64,000 nt of DNA from an uncultured Clostridium sp. (GCA_964587175.1 CAZPKK010000001.1:7684-71683), one strand, 5' to 3'; shown: positions 9,459 to 22,535, numbered from the stretch's first letter. A program made the numbers and translations. Notes: generated from the sequence alone by a model not told the origin.

Positions 9459-11954
9459 TTATTTCTTACTCACTCTTGCCACAATCACACTCATATCATC
9501 TTTCTGATTTCCAAAATCATTATCTATGGATTCCTGTATAATAATATCCGCTATTTTTTGTGCATCATTTGTTTCTATATCTTCTAATAAATATTTAATC
9601 CATAGCTGTTTATTCAAGTATTCTTTATTAGAATCAATCACCCCATCTGTACACATTACCAATATATCCCCATCTTGTAAATCATAATCATATACAACTA
9701 AATCCACATCACTTAATATTCCAGTAGGCAAGGACATTGACTTTAATAATTGGACATCTCTCCCTCTTTTTACATATGTTGGACATGCACTATTTTTTAT
9801 AAATTCCATGTTTCCATTAAATAAGTCTAAAATTTCTATGTCAAGTGTTGCATACATATCATCATCTGTGTTTGCAGAAAGAGTAGAATTAATCAGCTTT
9901 AGCGAAACATCTTTCTCAAAACCTGCTGTCAACAATCTTTCTAGCATTTTTACGGCAATCTTACTACTCTTCATTGCTTCTGGTCCTGAACCCATACCAT
10001 CACTTAAAGCAAGTAAATATTTTCCGTCATCTAACTTTATTTGCAAAATACTATCACCTGATACAGGAGAACCTGATTTTGTAGATTTGGCAGTTCCAAT
10101 TTGTACATTATAATTATCATCCGAAATATATGTAAATTTACAGGCTTCTTTATTTAGTCTTAATCCACACTCTTGTTTCTGCATTATCATGTTCTCTCCT
10201 AATGCTTTGCTTAAAATTTTACATATTTTCTTAATATCACACTGTGTTCCATCTGAATTTTCACAAACATCGGTATATACCTCTACAATATATCTACATG
10301 TATTTTTTTGTTTTATTTCAATACTTTTTATCTCTATCTGCCTTTGTTCAAGCAAATTTAAGATTTCTTGTTTCTTCTCTACAAATTTATCTTCCTTTTT
10401 ATTTATATCATCTGCCATCCTAGATATAGCTTCTGACACCCCTTTAAGCTGTGATGATACTGTTTTCTTACTTTCATCTAATTTCTTTTTCCAAATAAAA
10501 TTTATTTTACTAATTCTATATGAATAATTTATTGCTTTAACAATTTTATATATGTCTTCTTTGGCTTGTCCCTTTGTATTTTCAAACCCAACAATATAAT
10601 TATTATTATTCTCCAATATTCTAACTAATTCCTTTTCAGTAATAATATCATTTTCTAATAAATAATCAAAAATATCTGTAATTAATTGTTTAGTAGGATA
10701 ATATATTTCTTCATATAGCATATTGTCTTCTAGTTCTTCTAAATTTTTCTTTAGTTCTTCTAAAAAAATATCTATATTTGTTTTTTCTTGCTCTTTTAGT
10801 TCTTCCTCTGAAAGAATTGTAGCTGCTGCTTCTCCATAGCTTTCTGCCATATCGTTAATTGTTTCCGACATGCTATTTAATTTATAAATTGTATCTTGAT
10901 TTTCTTCTAAATCTCTTTCCGTAACTTCTGGCAAAAGTTTATTACTTCCAACTAAATCTTCAATGTTTATTTCAATATTTTTCGGAAATGCCAATAATCC
11001 AAGTGATGCAATCAGTATCTCTTGAAATAAAATAAGTTCAACTGTATTACCATTTGCAGCATAAGCTAGCACAACATTTCCTAAGGCAAACCCTACTATT
11101 ACTCCAATTCTTCCAAATCGATTCAAGAGCCCCGCAATCAATCCAGATATTGCATATGCTGCAATCATAATAGGTTCTAACTCAGCTATTATTCCAAGCA
11201 CAACCCCTATTGTAATTCCACCTGTAGCACCAACTAACATTCCATTTTTCCAGCCTAGTACTAGTACTATCAATATGCTTAAAATATTTTTTATAGAAAA
11301 CCCAAATATGCTTAAATCACCAAATGCAGTAACTGCTATTGCAAAAAGAAGACTTGTCCCCATCACTTCTTCTATTGTAAATGCTCTTTTTCTTCCAAAA
11401 TTTATAAGCATAGTAATCGAATTAGCAAATATCTTGTAGAAAATATATGTAGTAACTCCAAGCATTATACCTGTTAGTAAATCAAATACATAAAATTCTC
11501 TAAAAAACATTGGCACTATTTGTACTATAACAACTGCCAAAAATAGATGTCCACCTATTTTCTTTTTTTCATTTACATTTTCTTGCACTCTAGGTCTTAC
11601 AATTAAAACAGCTACAAAAAAAACTAATGATGTTATGAAATATACTAATAAATTATTAAATCCAAATTTTATAAATGTACCTATTAAAGACAACACATAC
11701 ATTATACCTATTGGTTTATTATTGCTAAGAGCTCCTGCAATAATAGCAAGTCCAAATGGAACTAATGAAAATATAAGTGTACTATTCTTAAGTCCCACCA
11801 TCGACATCATAAAAGTTATTATATATAATAAAATATTTTGCTTCGCTAATAATCTTTTTAACACATCTTTTGTACTAACCTTTTTACTCTCTTCATTATA
11901 TTCATTTTGATTATTAAGTGAATCTCCTGTTATATTTTGAAACATATTAACCAC
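9459..11954 (-). CDS. spoIIE: Stage II sporulation protein E (PP2C-type serine phosphatase with multi-pass membrane domain)
   Basis: ~10 N-terminal TM helices, central regulatory region, C-terminal PP2C domain (LALSDGMGSG ... GDILVMCTDGVIDS ... DDMSVIVARV); 831 aa matches SpoIIE. Confidence 0.85.
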   Translation of the reverse strand: MVNMFQNITGDSLNNQNEYNEESKKVSTKDVLKRLLAKQNILLYIITFMMSMVGLKNSTLIFSLVPFGLAIIAGALSNNKPIGIMYVLSLIGTFIKFGFNNLLVYFITSLVFFVAVLIVRPRVQENVNEKKKIGGHLFLAVVIVQIVPMFFREFYVFDLLTGIMLGVTTYIFYKIFANSITMLINFGRKRAFTIEEVMGTSLLFAIAVTAFGDLSIFGFSIKNILSILIVLVLGWKNGMLVGATGGITIGVVLGIIAELEPIMIAAYAISGLIAGLLNRFGRIGVIVGFALGNVVLAYAANGNTVELILFQEILIASLGLLAFPKNIEINIEDLVGSNKLLPEVTERDLEENQDTIYKLNSMSETINDMAESYGEAAATILSEEELKEQEKTNIDIFLEELKKNLEELEDNMLYEEIYYPTKQLITDIFDYLLENDIITEKELVRILENNNNYIVGFENTKGQAKEDIYKIVKAINYSYRISKINFIWKKKLDESKKTVSSQLKGVSEAISRMADDINKKEDKFVEKKQEILNLLEQRQIEIKSIEIKQKNTCRYIVEVYTDVCENSDGTQCDIKKICKILSKALGENMIMQKQECGLRLNKEACKFTYISDDNYNVQIGTAKSTKSGSPVSGDSILQIKLDDGKYLLALSDGMGSGPEAMKSSKIAVKMLERLLTAGFEKDVSLKLINSTLSANTDDDMYATLDIEILDLFNGNMEFIKNSACPTYVKRGRDVQLLKSMSLPTGILSDVDLVVYDYDLQDGDILVMCTDGVIDSNKEYLNKQLWIKYLLEDIETNDAQKIADIIIQESIDNDFGNQKDDMSVIVARVSKK

Positions 11955-12289
11955 CTCTAACTTTTTATTTATGCATTAATGTTTTCTAGTTGATTTTCTT
12001 TTGTGTAAGCAGTTTTAATGCTGCTATAAATTATAGTTCTTTCTAATAAATTTTTTTGTCACATTTAATCCATAATATAAAAAAGTTTTTTACAAAATGT
12101 GATGTGTTATTGTTTTTTATTTTAATTTATAACAATTTATGTATTATATTTTATCGTAAAATAGCGTTTTTTTCAATAGATTGCGGAAAATTTATAGACT
12201 ATTAAAAACAAAAGAGAACAAGTATAAACCTGTTCCCTTTGTTTAATTTTGAGACTAATAGAAGTTTATATTCTATTAGTTCTATTTAA

Positions 12290-15200
12290 TTAATTATTCT
12301 TACCCTTTATGACTTTCTTCTTGATTAGTACAATTCCTACTACTAGGATTGCTCCTATAGCAAGTGCTATTCCAGCATATATTATTGTATCACCAATACC
12401 AAATGGTGGAAGTATGATTATTCTTTCTGCTACATTACTGTCTACTTCTGCTGGATCTGTTGTTGGATCTTGGTTACCAACTACTGAGTAAGCCATTCTT
12501 CTACCAACAGAGTTACTTGTTTCTACTATCTCAACCATATTTTCATATGTTAAATCATCCTCAGCATTCTGAGCTGTGATTAATTGTGATAGTACTAAAG
12601 TTACACTAGCCTCTTCTCCTGGTGTCAATTCTTGTTCAATATTCTCTGTTGTGATAATAGTATTAAATTGTGCTAGTTTATCTGATAAGTTGCTATTAAC
12701 TAGTCCACTTGATGTTAATGCATCTGCAGTAATTACTGACCAACCGTTTCCAGCATTTGTTGAATCAGAACTATCAAATTGTAAATTGTTTTCTACATAA
12801 TCTACTATTTGATTTACAGTTGTTGTCGTTACATCTGCATCGCTTCCGGCTGTTCCTTGATAGTAGAATGCTAAAGTATCATAATCTGTCTCACCAACAT
12901 TTGTTACTTTTATAGCATATGTAACTCTAATTGTAGCACCATACATTATTTCTTGGTCCATTGTAAGTTGTATTAAACCTTGATCTGTACCTGTTATAAT
13001 GTCAGTAATTTCATCTCTAAATGCATATCTATGGTCTACACTATAGTAATCCTCATATTTACCATCTTCTATATTTTCATCTAAGCTATATTCTTCATGG
13101 TCTTGCCATAAAGCATTATTTGCAGATCCGTTTATATCAAATAGTATTGTTCCATTTGCAAGTGTTACTTGTAGATTTGCTACAGATTTATCTATTTCAA
13201 CTTGAGCTTTTGGTCTTTCTGATAAACCAAAGTCAACATTGCTAAATACATAATATCCATTGTACTCATTTGTTGCATCTGTTGTTGTTCTGTCATATTC
13301 AATTTCTACATTTATAATACCAGTTTCTGCTATCATATATGTATTTTGAATAAGCTCATTATATAATGCTTGCATTTGAGTATCATCATATGATACTTCT
13401 ACATTATTGCTATCTGTATAAGTAGGTGTTACATATGGTGATGCTAGAACTTCTGCTATATGGTTTGTATTTGCTGTTGTTGTTGTATAATTATTAACTT
13501 CCTCTCTTCTGCTCCAAATATCTTTTGCATCAGAGTAGTTAGCTCCAGCATTATCTGCTGCTGATGTGTTATAAGTATATGTTCCACTCTCATTATCATT
13601 ATTTACATCATAATCTGAAGATATTCCAGCTTGATATGTAGTTGATTTAAAATCTTGACCATTGTATGATACTACATTCAAACCACCATTATCTGTAGTA
13701 AGTGCTGTTGCTTCTGTATCACCATAGGAGAATCTTATAATGTAATCACCTGGTATATAATTTTCAAAAGTATATAATCCATTTGAATCTGTTTGTGTTG
13801 TTTGCCAAGTATATTCTGTTCCATCTGAAAGTATTTCTATTAAGTATACATTTACTCCAGCAATTGTTATCTCACTATCTTGTCTTATACCATCACCTAC
13901 TGCTGCATTTCCTGATACTTGGTTTCTTTCATCCTCCCATACAACACCATTTGCTTCTCTTATTGCATCTTCATCTATAATTACTCTTAATCCTGGTGCT
14001 CTATCTGTGTCATCTTCAAAGTTGTATTCGTAATTGTCTCCTTCTAAGTCGCTTGCTTCTAGGTTACCTGGTTTAGAATCTACATCTAGTAATCCTGCTA
14101 TATTAGAAGATGATTTTGTTACATTGTTTGGAAGCTCTGTATTATTTCTATAATATGTAGAATATCCATTTATTTCTGCTAAGTTAATTTTTCCTACCAT
14201 GTCGTCGTCATCAAGAATTACTCTTCCGCTGTCATCTTTATTAACTTGGAATGTTAAATAAATGTATGCTGTCTCACCTGATGATAGTTTATAGCCATCT
14301 AATCCAGTAATATATATTTTACTATAATCTCCTATATTTTCTTCTGTTGAAGAACCATATTTACTAGAATTACTACTATTTACATCTCGTGCATTTGCAA
14401 TTGAGCTTAAGTTTTCTGCAACCATTGCATTATAGTATTCATCATCTGTTATAGATGTTTCTCCATACATTACCCAAGATAAATCTTCAATATATGTATA
14501 TTCTGAATCATAGTAGTCTACTACTTCTTCTATCTCTGCTAAAATGCTTTGAGATTGGTTTCTAACTGAAATCTTGTATGTAATATATATTTCTAGTGGC
14601 TCTCCACTATGTCCGTCTACTTCATAGCCGTCTGTATTAAACAAGTAATCTGATTCATATAATTCTCTTGTATAAGTTGTTCCATAGTAAGCTTCATAAT
14701 CTGAAATTCTTAGGTTAATATCCCAATAATCATCTTGGCTTTGAGTTCTTGCATTATATGTATAAACTACTGTTTTTCCATTTATTTTCAGCGTTGCTTT
14801 ATACACATCTTTTGAAAGTGCTGCATCAAACTCTTGTCTTCTCCATAAACCTAAGTTTATATAATATTCACCTTCACCATATGTCTCATCTTCTGTAGAG
14901 TATTCATTTCCTGAAGAATCAATATATAAGTAATCTTCTCTTGTCTCTGTAAATGCTGAACCAGAGTAAGCTTGTATGTAGCAATCTTCTATGAATTGCA
15001 ACATTCTCCAAATTTCTTGGTCATTTCCTGCAATATTTCTATAAATTGTCATCATTGCATCATCATCTGGGAATTGCTTATTTGTTACTATATATTCTCT
15101 AATTGCTTGTGATATTGCACCTTCACTATATGTGTCCATCTCTAGTCCATATGAGTTATAAGTATAACCATCTACTAATTGTACTCCTGTCTGTACATAA

Positions 15201-17077
15201 TCTCCATCTGAATTTAATGTATATCCCATTAATTCTAATTGTGTATAAACAACATTATATGTTCCTACTACACCTAGTGAGTTGCTAGAAGTATAGTTAT
15301 TTGAGTATGATCCTATTTCTGCAAATCTAGAGTCAAGAGCATTTCTCGAAATTTCAACTCCTGCAAATGTTGAATTTGAAGATTCTGTTGCTTTTGATGT
15401 ATGTATCCATGCATCTGTTCCATATTGACCTGCACTAATCATTTCTGATATTGATGTATATTGTGTATTTGATGAAGCATTTAAATATTCTGTTGGCAAA
15501 TATCTTTGGCCATTATATTCAAATACTACATAGTATTGTAAATCTGGGTCTATTCCTGTAAATAAATAGTATCCATTTTCATCAGTATATGTTGGGTTAA
15601 TTCTATGCATTAACTCTTCTTCTGAAATTCCATCTTCATATGGATCTGATTCTAGTGTTGCTATTTGTCCATCAGATGTATATAATGTTACTTTTATATT
15701 CTTTAGTGGTGTATCAACTTCTCCAGAGGTATTATTTAAACCATCTGCAATACTCTCTTTAGTAGATACTCCATCTTCCCATACATATCCGCCAATACTA
15801 ATTTCATTTCTTATTTCTAGATTTTCTGCAATTGTTACCTCTTGTACATATACACTTCTTATTGCTCCAGTACCAATTGATATTACAGTTTGTTGAGCCT
15901 TTTCTGCTAAATAACATGTTGTCATACAACCACGTCCATTGTTATAAGTATGATCATGTGTATATTTTACTAAATATTTTGTACCTTGTAATTTCGTATA
16001 TTTTCCATTTGCTAGCATATATTTAAATTCAACTTTTACTGAAATATAATATACTTTATCTTGGCTTGAACTTATATTTTTATTTGGGTCATCAAATACT
16101 ATCATAAAATCTTGTCCTGATGCTGGATAAACTTGTGTAGTTTCATCTACTTTCAAGTCTTCGCTTGGCTCAAAATATTCTGGTGTTACAGCTGATCCCC
16201 ATTGCTGTGTGGTAGTATCTTTTAGAATGATTGCTTTTACATTTATGTCAACATCTAATTCTTCATAATTTTTATTATATGCTATAACCTTTATATCTGA
16301 AATTCCTGCAAAATATACATTTTCTGATTTTATTCTTTCATCATAATATGTAACATTAAATGGTCCTACTGTATATTCGCCATCATTTTTTTCTATTGTA
16401 ACATCATCAGTATTAGTTTGATTTACTGGATTTAGTCCATTGCCTCTAACAGCCTTATCATAATAATAGTAATCTAGAGCTTCTTGATCATATATTGAAT
16501 TTCTAGTATCAAATTCTGATTTGGATGCATTCAGAATAAGACCTTCATCAATACTGTAGTTTCTTAAATGCCATAAGGCTAATTGTTTATCCTCACTCCA
16601 GCCTCCCGGCTCAGAAAGAATATATGCTGCTGCTACCGGCAAATCAAGATCTATGCTATCTTCATATGGTCTAAAAACCGGATAAGTATATTTTCCTTCA
16701 TGGCTTGTAGAAGCATGACGTGTATTGCTATAATAATTTCCTACTAGTGATTTAGCAGTACTATAGCTAATCGAGTCTTCATATTTTAATTGAGCTCTTG
16801 GCTGTATACAAAACATTGCATAATCCCCATATATCGGGTCATCGAAAGAAGTATACTGAGTAGCCTCAAACTCTCCTGGATTTGTATTATAGTTATAAGT
16901 ATCTGGATCTTCTCCTAACACTAGTTCTCCAGTCGAGCTAGCCGTTTCTCCTATTGAGCTTATCACTTCTTCAAGTGTTTGCATTGTTGTTGTCTCATAC
17001 TTTAATTGGCTAAAAGCAAATATTGCTAATGCTATAACTATAATAATTAGACTTGCTTTTATTATTTTACTATTCAT
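12290..17077 (-). CDS. Giant surface protein (1595 aa) with Cna-B/SdrD-B-like fold repeats and C-terminal membrane anchor
   Basis: Signal-like N-terminus (IIVIALAIFAFS). Internal segments such as DSNGLYTFENYIPGDYIIRFSYGD and DENGYYLFTGIDPDLQYYVVFEY are typical Cna-B (prealbumin-like) repeats. C-terminus is ILPPFGIGDTIIYAGIALAIGAILVVGIVLIKKK. Confidence 0.7.
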   Translation of the reverse strand: MNSKIIKASLIIIVIALAIFAFSQLKYETTTMQTLEEVISSIGETASSTGELVLGEDPDTYNYNTNPGEFEATQYTSFDDPIYGDYAMFCIQPRAQLKYEDSISYSTAKSLVGNYYSNTRHASTSHEGKYTYPVFRPYEDSIDLDLPVAAAYILSEPGGWSEDKQLALWHLRNYSIDEGLILNASKSEFDTRNSIYDQEALDYYYYDKAVRGNGLNPVNQTNTDDVTIEKNDGEYTVGPFNVTYYDERIKSENVYFAGISDIKVIAYNKNYEELDVDINVKAIILKDTTTQQWGSAVTPEYFEPSEDLKVDETTQVYPASGQDFMIVFDDPNKNISSSQDKVYYISVKVEFKYMLANGKYTKLQGTKYLVKYTHDHTYNNGRGCMTTCYLAEKAQQTVISIGTGAIRSVYVQEVTIAENLEIRNEISIGGYVWEDGVSTKESIADGLNNTSGEVDTPLKNIKVTLYTSDGQIATLESDPYEDGISEEELMHRINPTYTDENGYYLFTGIDPDLQYYVVFEYNGQRYLPTEYLNASSNTQYTSISEMISAGQYGTDAWIHTSKATESSNSTFAGVEISRNALDSRFAEIGSYSNNYTSSNSLGVVGTYNVVYTQLELMGYTLNSDGDYVQTGVQLVDGYTYNSYGLEMDTYSEGAISQAIREYIVTNKQFPDDDAMMTIYRNIAGNDQEIWRMLQFIEDCYIQAYSGSAFTETREDYLYIDSSGNEYSTEDETYGEGEYYINLGLWRRQEFDAALSKDVYKATLKINGKTVVYTYNARTQSQDDYWDINLRISDYEAYYGTTYTRELYESDYLFNTDGYEVDGHSGEPLEIYITYKISVRNQSQSILAEIEEVVDYYDSEYTYIEDLSWVMYGETSITDDEYYNAMVAENLSSIANARDVNSSNSSKYGSSTEENIGDYSKIYITGLDGYKLSSGETAYIYLTFQVNKDDSGRVILDDDDMVGKINLAEINGYSTYYRNNTELPNNVTKSSSNIAGLLDVDSKPGNLEASDLEGDNYEYNFEDDTDRAPGLRVIIDEDAIREANGVVWEDERNQVSGNAAVGDGIRQDSEITIAGVNVYLIEILSDGTEYTWQTTQTDSNGLYTFENYIPGDYIIRFSYGDTEATALTTDNGGLNVVSYNGQDFKSTTYQAGISSDYDVNNDNESGTYTYNTSAADNAGANYSDAKDIWSRREEVNNYTTTTANTNHIAEVLASPYVTPTYTDSNNVEVSYDDTQMQALYNELIQNTYMIAETGIINVEIEYDRTTTDATNEYNGYYVFSNVDFGLSERPKAQVEIDKSVANLQVTLANGTILFDINGSANNALWQDHEEYSLDENIEDGKYEDYYSVDHRYAFRDEITDIITGTDQGLIQLTMDQEIMYGATIRVTYAIKVTNVGETDYDTLAFYYQGTAGSDADVTTTTVNQIVDYVENNLQFDSSDSTNAGNGWSVITADALTSSGLVNSNLSDKLAQFNTIITTENIEQELTPGEEASVTLVLSQLITAQNAEDDLTYENMVEIVETSNSVGRRMAYSVVGNQDPTTDPAEVDSNVAERIIILPPFGIGDTIIYAGIALAIGAILVVGIVLIKKKVIKGKNN

Positions 17078-17097
17078 GTTCTAAACCTCCTTTCCTC

Positions 17098-20000
17098 TTA
17101 GACTTTTTTATTTAGAACACGTTTTTTAATCTCATATGCTCCAAATCCTATTATTGCTATTACTACTAGTGCTATTCCTGTATAAATTATTATCTCATTA
17201 CCAGTGGTTATTGCTAATACCACTTCTGCTACAGACATATCGTCTTCACCGCTTACTTGATTGCCAGCTGATGAGTCTATGTCTTGCAAAGCTAATTCAT
17301 TATAGCTTTCATATATTTCTGCTGTATTTGTTAAGGTACTGAAGATTAAATCTTCTGTGATATTTACATTTACTATTAAACTTATCTCTCTAGTCTCTCC
17401 TGGCTCTATTCTATCATTTGCCAAACTTGCATTATATATATTGCCATTATCTGATAAATACCAATCTGTATTTAATTCTGAATTAAATGTAACTCCATCT
17501 GGTAAGTAGTCTACTATTTTATTTGCATATCCTGATACTGTTCCTTCATTTGTAACTACTATTTTATATTCTATTACTGCACTACTATATCCTACATTTC
17601 TTTCACGAACTTGTACCATTGCAACTTGTTGCTCTCCAAAATCATATTCCGTAGTACCACTTGTATTTGTTGTTACTGTTATTTTACTTACATATTTATC
17701 TAAGCTTAAATCAAATCTTTCTGATGTATATAAACCTATATCAATATCTCTTACATTTGCACCATTTACTGTAATTACATCTGTAATAGCTGCTATTCTT
17801 CTTTCACCATCTATTGTTATATTTATTTCAATTGCATCTGAGTTAAAGCTTTCATCAACACCAGATTTTTGATAATCTGTTAAAGTATATGTTGAAGAAT
17901 CATATAGGAATACTACTAAATAATTTCCATTTGGTAAATTATCAAATTCATAAGTACCACTGCTTGATGTTGTTGTTATTTTTTCTTCTCCAGTATCTGC
18001 ATCTGCTATTACTGTAGTTCCATCTTCACTTAAAAGCATTACTTCCATGTCTGGTATTGTTTGTTCTGACGAATCTCTTTTACCATCCATATTTGTATCT
18101 ATCCATGCAGTTCCTGATATTTTATATCTATTATTAGGATTTTCTGAACCACCATTATGTAAGCTACTATTATATTCTATTATGTTTGTTACTGTATTTG
18201 TTTCTACTGCTTCAAAATTGTTTGCCGAAACAGTCATTTTGTTTTCTATAGTTACATCATCTGTACTTGGTAATAATCCTGCTTGTGCAGTTACTGTTAC
18301 TACTATACTAGCTCCTGCTGTTAGTCTAGTTAACTGTATTTGAAGGACACCATCTGTAAGATTGCTAACTGTTACAGTTTCTCCAGTACTATATGTGTAA
18401 GTTGCCTCTACAAATGTTAGTTCTGATGGTAATGTGTCTGTTATTACTAGATTTCTTGCATCAGTATCTCCAATATTTGTAATAGTTAATTCATATGTAA
18501 CCTCTTCTCCCTCCGGAACATATCTTGGAGATGTTGTTAATTCTGAGATTTCCAACTCTGGTGTTCCAGTTTCATTATCTATTGCATTTGAATAATGTGT
18601 TTCTGTATCATCTGCTGTTGCTGTAGCAATTATTGATAAATCTTCTTGGTAATCATCTATTGTAAGCTGAAATTCAACATATTTTTGTAATTCGAGTGTT
18701 CCTACATTTATAATTAATGTATTTGTAGTATCTTCATATATAAATCCATCTGATATTGAATCTGTAGAAGTCCAACTGTCTCTCACCACGCCACTTACAA
18801 ATGTAGTTCCTTGTGGTAGTTGCAACGTTAATACAACATTATTTAGACTTTCTCCATTATATGCAATATTAATCATTTGAATTGAATATGTAACTGTCAT
18901 TCCGTTTTGTATTATATCGTTTTCACCCACATCATTATATATGTAAAAAGCTATTTTTCCATCTTCTACACTAAATGTGTAATCAGCTGTAATTCCTTCT
19001 TCTAAATCATCTGCTGTTACTGTTACTTGGTATACTATATCAACCGGATATGTTTCTACATAAGGTGTGTCATCTGTTTCATTATAATCTTCTTCTATTT
19101 GTACATAGTCATCTATTTGTATATAATATGATATTTCTACAGTTTCACCCGCTCCTATTGTTCCAATTGAAATACTCTTTGTTTCTTCTTCATCATCATA
19201 GAAACCACTTCCAGGTGCATAATCTACAAATGTCAAAAACTCTGGAGCTGTTGAACTTAATTCTACATTAGTAGCATCTACTTCTCCAACATTTGTTATA
19301 GTAGCTTTTATTTTTACTATTTGTCCTTCTCTTATTACATCTACTGTTGGTGCTATTGATACTTCTAATTCAGGTCCTGTCCCTGTACTTAGTCCAATTG
19401 TTGCAGATAGTTTATTCTCTTCCATTGTTCCTATTTCAGAATCATTATCATAATATACTTTATATACTGCATAAGAATTATTGTTATTTGATAATTGTTC
19501 TGGTAGTTCTACTTCATACTCAAAATCTATTTTCTCTCCAGATTCCATTTCATAATCATCATCAAGTACGATTAAGTATGATCTAGATGCTGTTGTTGCT
19601 GTTTCTGACCAGCTATTTGAACTATCTTCTAAATCACTTGTTGCATTTTCACTATCTGAATAATATATTGTATAACCTTCTTCATCTATGCCAGATAAGG
19701 CTATTGCTGAAGATAATGGCATTGTAAATGTTGAACCCAGTTCTGTTTCTGAATCTATATTTGTATTTCCTTCTGCTGGTATTCTTCCTAATATAACAAC
19801 ATTACTTATATTATTATCATAATTATTAATTACAGATGCACTTATTTTAACTGTTCTTGAATCTGAATATGTGTCTATCTCTACTGTTTCCGCTTCATCA
19901 GAGATTGTTAAAATATCTGATGCTCCATCTTTATAATTGCTAATTCCACTTGCTGCTACAACACCACTTGGTGCTACAAAGTTCACACTTTCTTTTACTG

Positions 20001-22123
20001 TTCCTTCTGCATTTGTTGTCACTTCGTTTTCATTTGTATAATCAAGAGTAATTTCTCCTGTTCCACTAGGTGTTAACATTTCCAATGTTAAATCTACATT
20101 TAGAGTAATTATTGCTCCTTTATATTCTGCATCTATTGTATAATCTGTTTGTGTTCCACTTAATACAATATTTATAACTTGTCTTCCATTTTCTTCTACT
20201 ACTTCTGAACTTTCTATTATAAGTCCATTTGCTAATACTATATTTGTGCTCTTTAAGTTTACACTCTCAATCTCAGCTGGTAATGTTATCTTTAATGTTG
20301 GATTTTCAAATAATGCATTATATACACTTGAAGTGTCAAGTACTGCTCTTATTTCTACATTTTCATTTGTAAGAACTGTTGTTAAATCTGTTTTACTTAA
20401 TTCTAAGTTTACTACTGTTTCAGGTTCTTCTAGTGACATTTCTTTTGTGACTGTGAATGTTGTTGTGTTTGTATTTCCTTTTAAATATGCTCTCATTTTT
20501 TCAAATGTTTGCATTTGTGCTAATGTGTAAGAATCATTCCCATTTAATGCTTTTGTAATTGTTATTTCTAATTGTCCCTCTGTGATAGGTGCTGAAGTTT
20601 CTATCGTTATTTGATTTCTATCATTTTCACTAATATCTAATATATATTTTCCTTCTTCTAATGTAGAGTCTTTGTTTATTACTCCAAGTTCTTTTCCAAA
20701 AAAGTCTGTTATTGTAATTGTTCCATCTTCTCCAAGTATCTTGTTAAATATTTCTTGGCTAATCTCTACTCTTTTATTGTAAGCTAGATTAACTTCTGAT
20801 GCTCCTGCCGAAATTGTTTCTCCATCTATTTCCGCAATGCCACTTACCATTCCAACTGTTGTTGTATATTCTTGATCATCTTCATTTACAAAAGCATCAT
20901 ATCCCTGTGTAAATGAGATGTAATCAATTATCTCTGAATTATATATATTTGCTGTATAGGTTGTTTTATATTCAGTTTCTATTTTATCTTCTCTATCATA
21001 GTTTGCATATATATAACCTTTACCAATTTTGTTTGTAAGGTTCATATTAAAATCTGTTATTGCTCCTTCACTTTCTGTGAAGCTCGCTTCTACTTCTGTT
21101 GACTCAGTAACTGTTACATTTGTGCTATTATATACTTCTATATTTGCATTTACTGTTACAGCTACTTCTATTTCATTTTCGTTTGCATATTCATAAATTT
21201 CTAGGCCATCAAAAATATATGTAACATAATATTCATCTGTTACATTCTTTTTCCAAGAAATGCTATCTGCTAAATTAGCTGTACTTATTGTAACTATACC
21301 TTCTTCTGCATCATATGAATAATTTTCTGTTGTGAAGTTTAGGCCATCTGTTTCTCCATTTGTAGCTTCAAGTTTTGTTGATATTACTTTTACATATGAT
21401 GGTAATGTTCCATCTATTGTTGGAGCATTTACTTCTATATTAGTAGTCTTAATTGGTAAAGCACTATCTGCAATACTTGAATTTATTTTTGTTTGTACTA
21501 GTACCCCATAACTTTCTCCTGTAGCATATGGCACAAATTTTGTAGCTTCAGCTGTAAGTTCTACTTCTGCAGTTCCGCTCCAAGCAAGTTTATTGATTAC
21601 TTCTTTTTCTACCGATTTTTCGTTTCCATTACCATCTACATATGTTCCTGTAAATTTAGTTGTAGTCTCTTTATTAAAGTAATCTAATGATACATAGTCT
21701 CCTTCTAATATTTCTATTGGAAGCTCTATTGTTATATCTGAACCATTATTTATTTTGTTCAATACAATTATATTGGTTTCTGTATTAATACTTTGAATAT
21801 TCTCATTGGATATTTCTTCTTTAATTTTAAAATTATTATTTTGGAATTCTATTGTTCCATTTTCTAAATATCCTGCATTTTCTACGCTTATTCTTATGTA
21901 TAGGATTGCACTTTCAGAATCTATATCAAATGTAGCATTGTGCGTTCCTCCATAAAAATATGAATTAAATTCCACATTTCTCTGATTTGTTTCAGAGTCC
22001 TGTTTGTTTAATTCCTCATCACTTAATGCATATGCAATTGTGTATTCTCCTAATATTAAGAGATTTGCACTCATTAGAGTAATAACTAAAAATAATGCAA
22101 CTATTCTTTTTACTAGCTTGTTC
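17098..22123 (-). CDS. Giant surface protein (~1675 aa) with DUF11-like and Cna-B-like repeats and C-terminal membrane anchor
   Basis: True start taken as the ATG at 22123 (MNKLVKRIVALFLVITLMSANLLILG signal peptide, preceded by GGAGGTTG). The six-frame ORF extends artefactually to 22287. Repeated TNIGD/TNVGE-type segments (DUF11-like) and NLPNGNYLVVFLYD Cna-B-like. C-terminus is LAITTGNEIIIYTGIALVVIAIIGFGAYEIKKR. Confidence 0.7.
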
Positions 22124-22535
22124 ATAAACAACCTCCAATTATTTTTTTTATAACATATAAATATATTATACGACATTTTTATTGTTTTTTCAACACTTTT
22201 ACGTTTTTTCCAAAACTTTTTATGTAGATTTTCCATAAGTTTCCTACATATGTAAATATTACTGTTGAAAAAACATTTATACAACATATTAAACTTATTT
22301 TAACATTTTTTTGCTAATTTTCAACATCTTTATAATAGTAAGTTTTTCCATACGTTTACTTTAACTTACGGAAATTCATTTTAGAACCAAATATTAAGTT
22401 TATGTTACATTTTTTTTACTATTTTACATAGCACTATAAAAGTTTTTATATTGATTTTATATCTTTGTAACCTTTTTTATTAATTTGCATATTATATTAT
22501 AGTTATTACTTCATATATTATAACGAGGTGAGTTT

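Noticed and set aside
12290-22123. Sortase LPXTG/NPQTN motifs in the two giant surface proteins
   Set aside because: Neither C-terminus has a canonical motif (LPPFG and LAITTG are the nearest), so no sortase-substrate call was made.
22124-22287. Upstream extension of the second giant surface protein ORF
   Set aside because: There is no signal peptide until MNKLVKRIVALFL, and GGAGGTTG sits immediately before that ATG. The extension is AT-rich leader read in frame.
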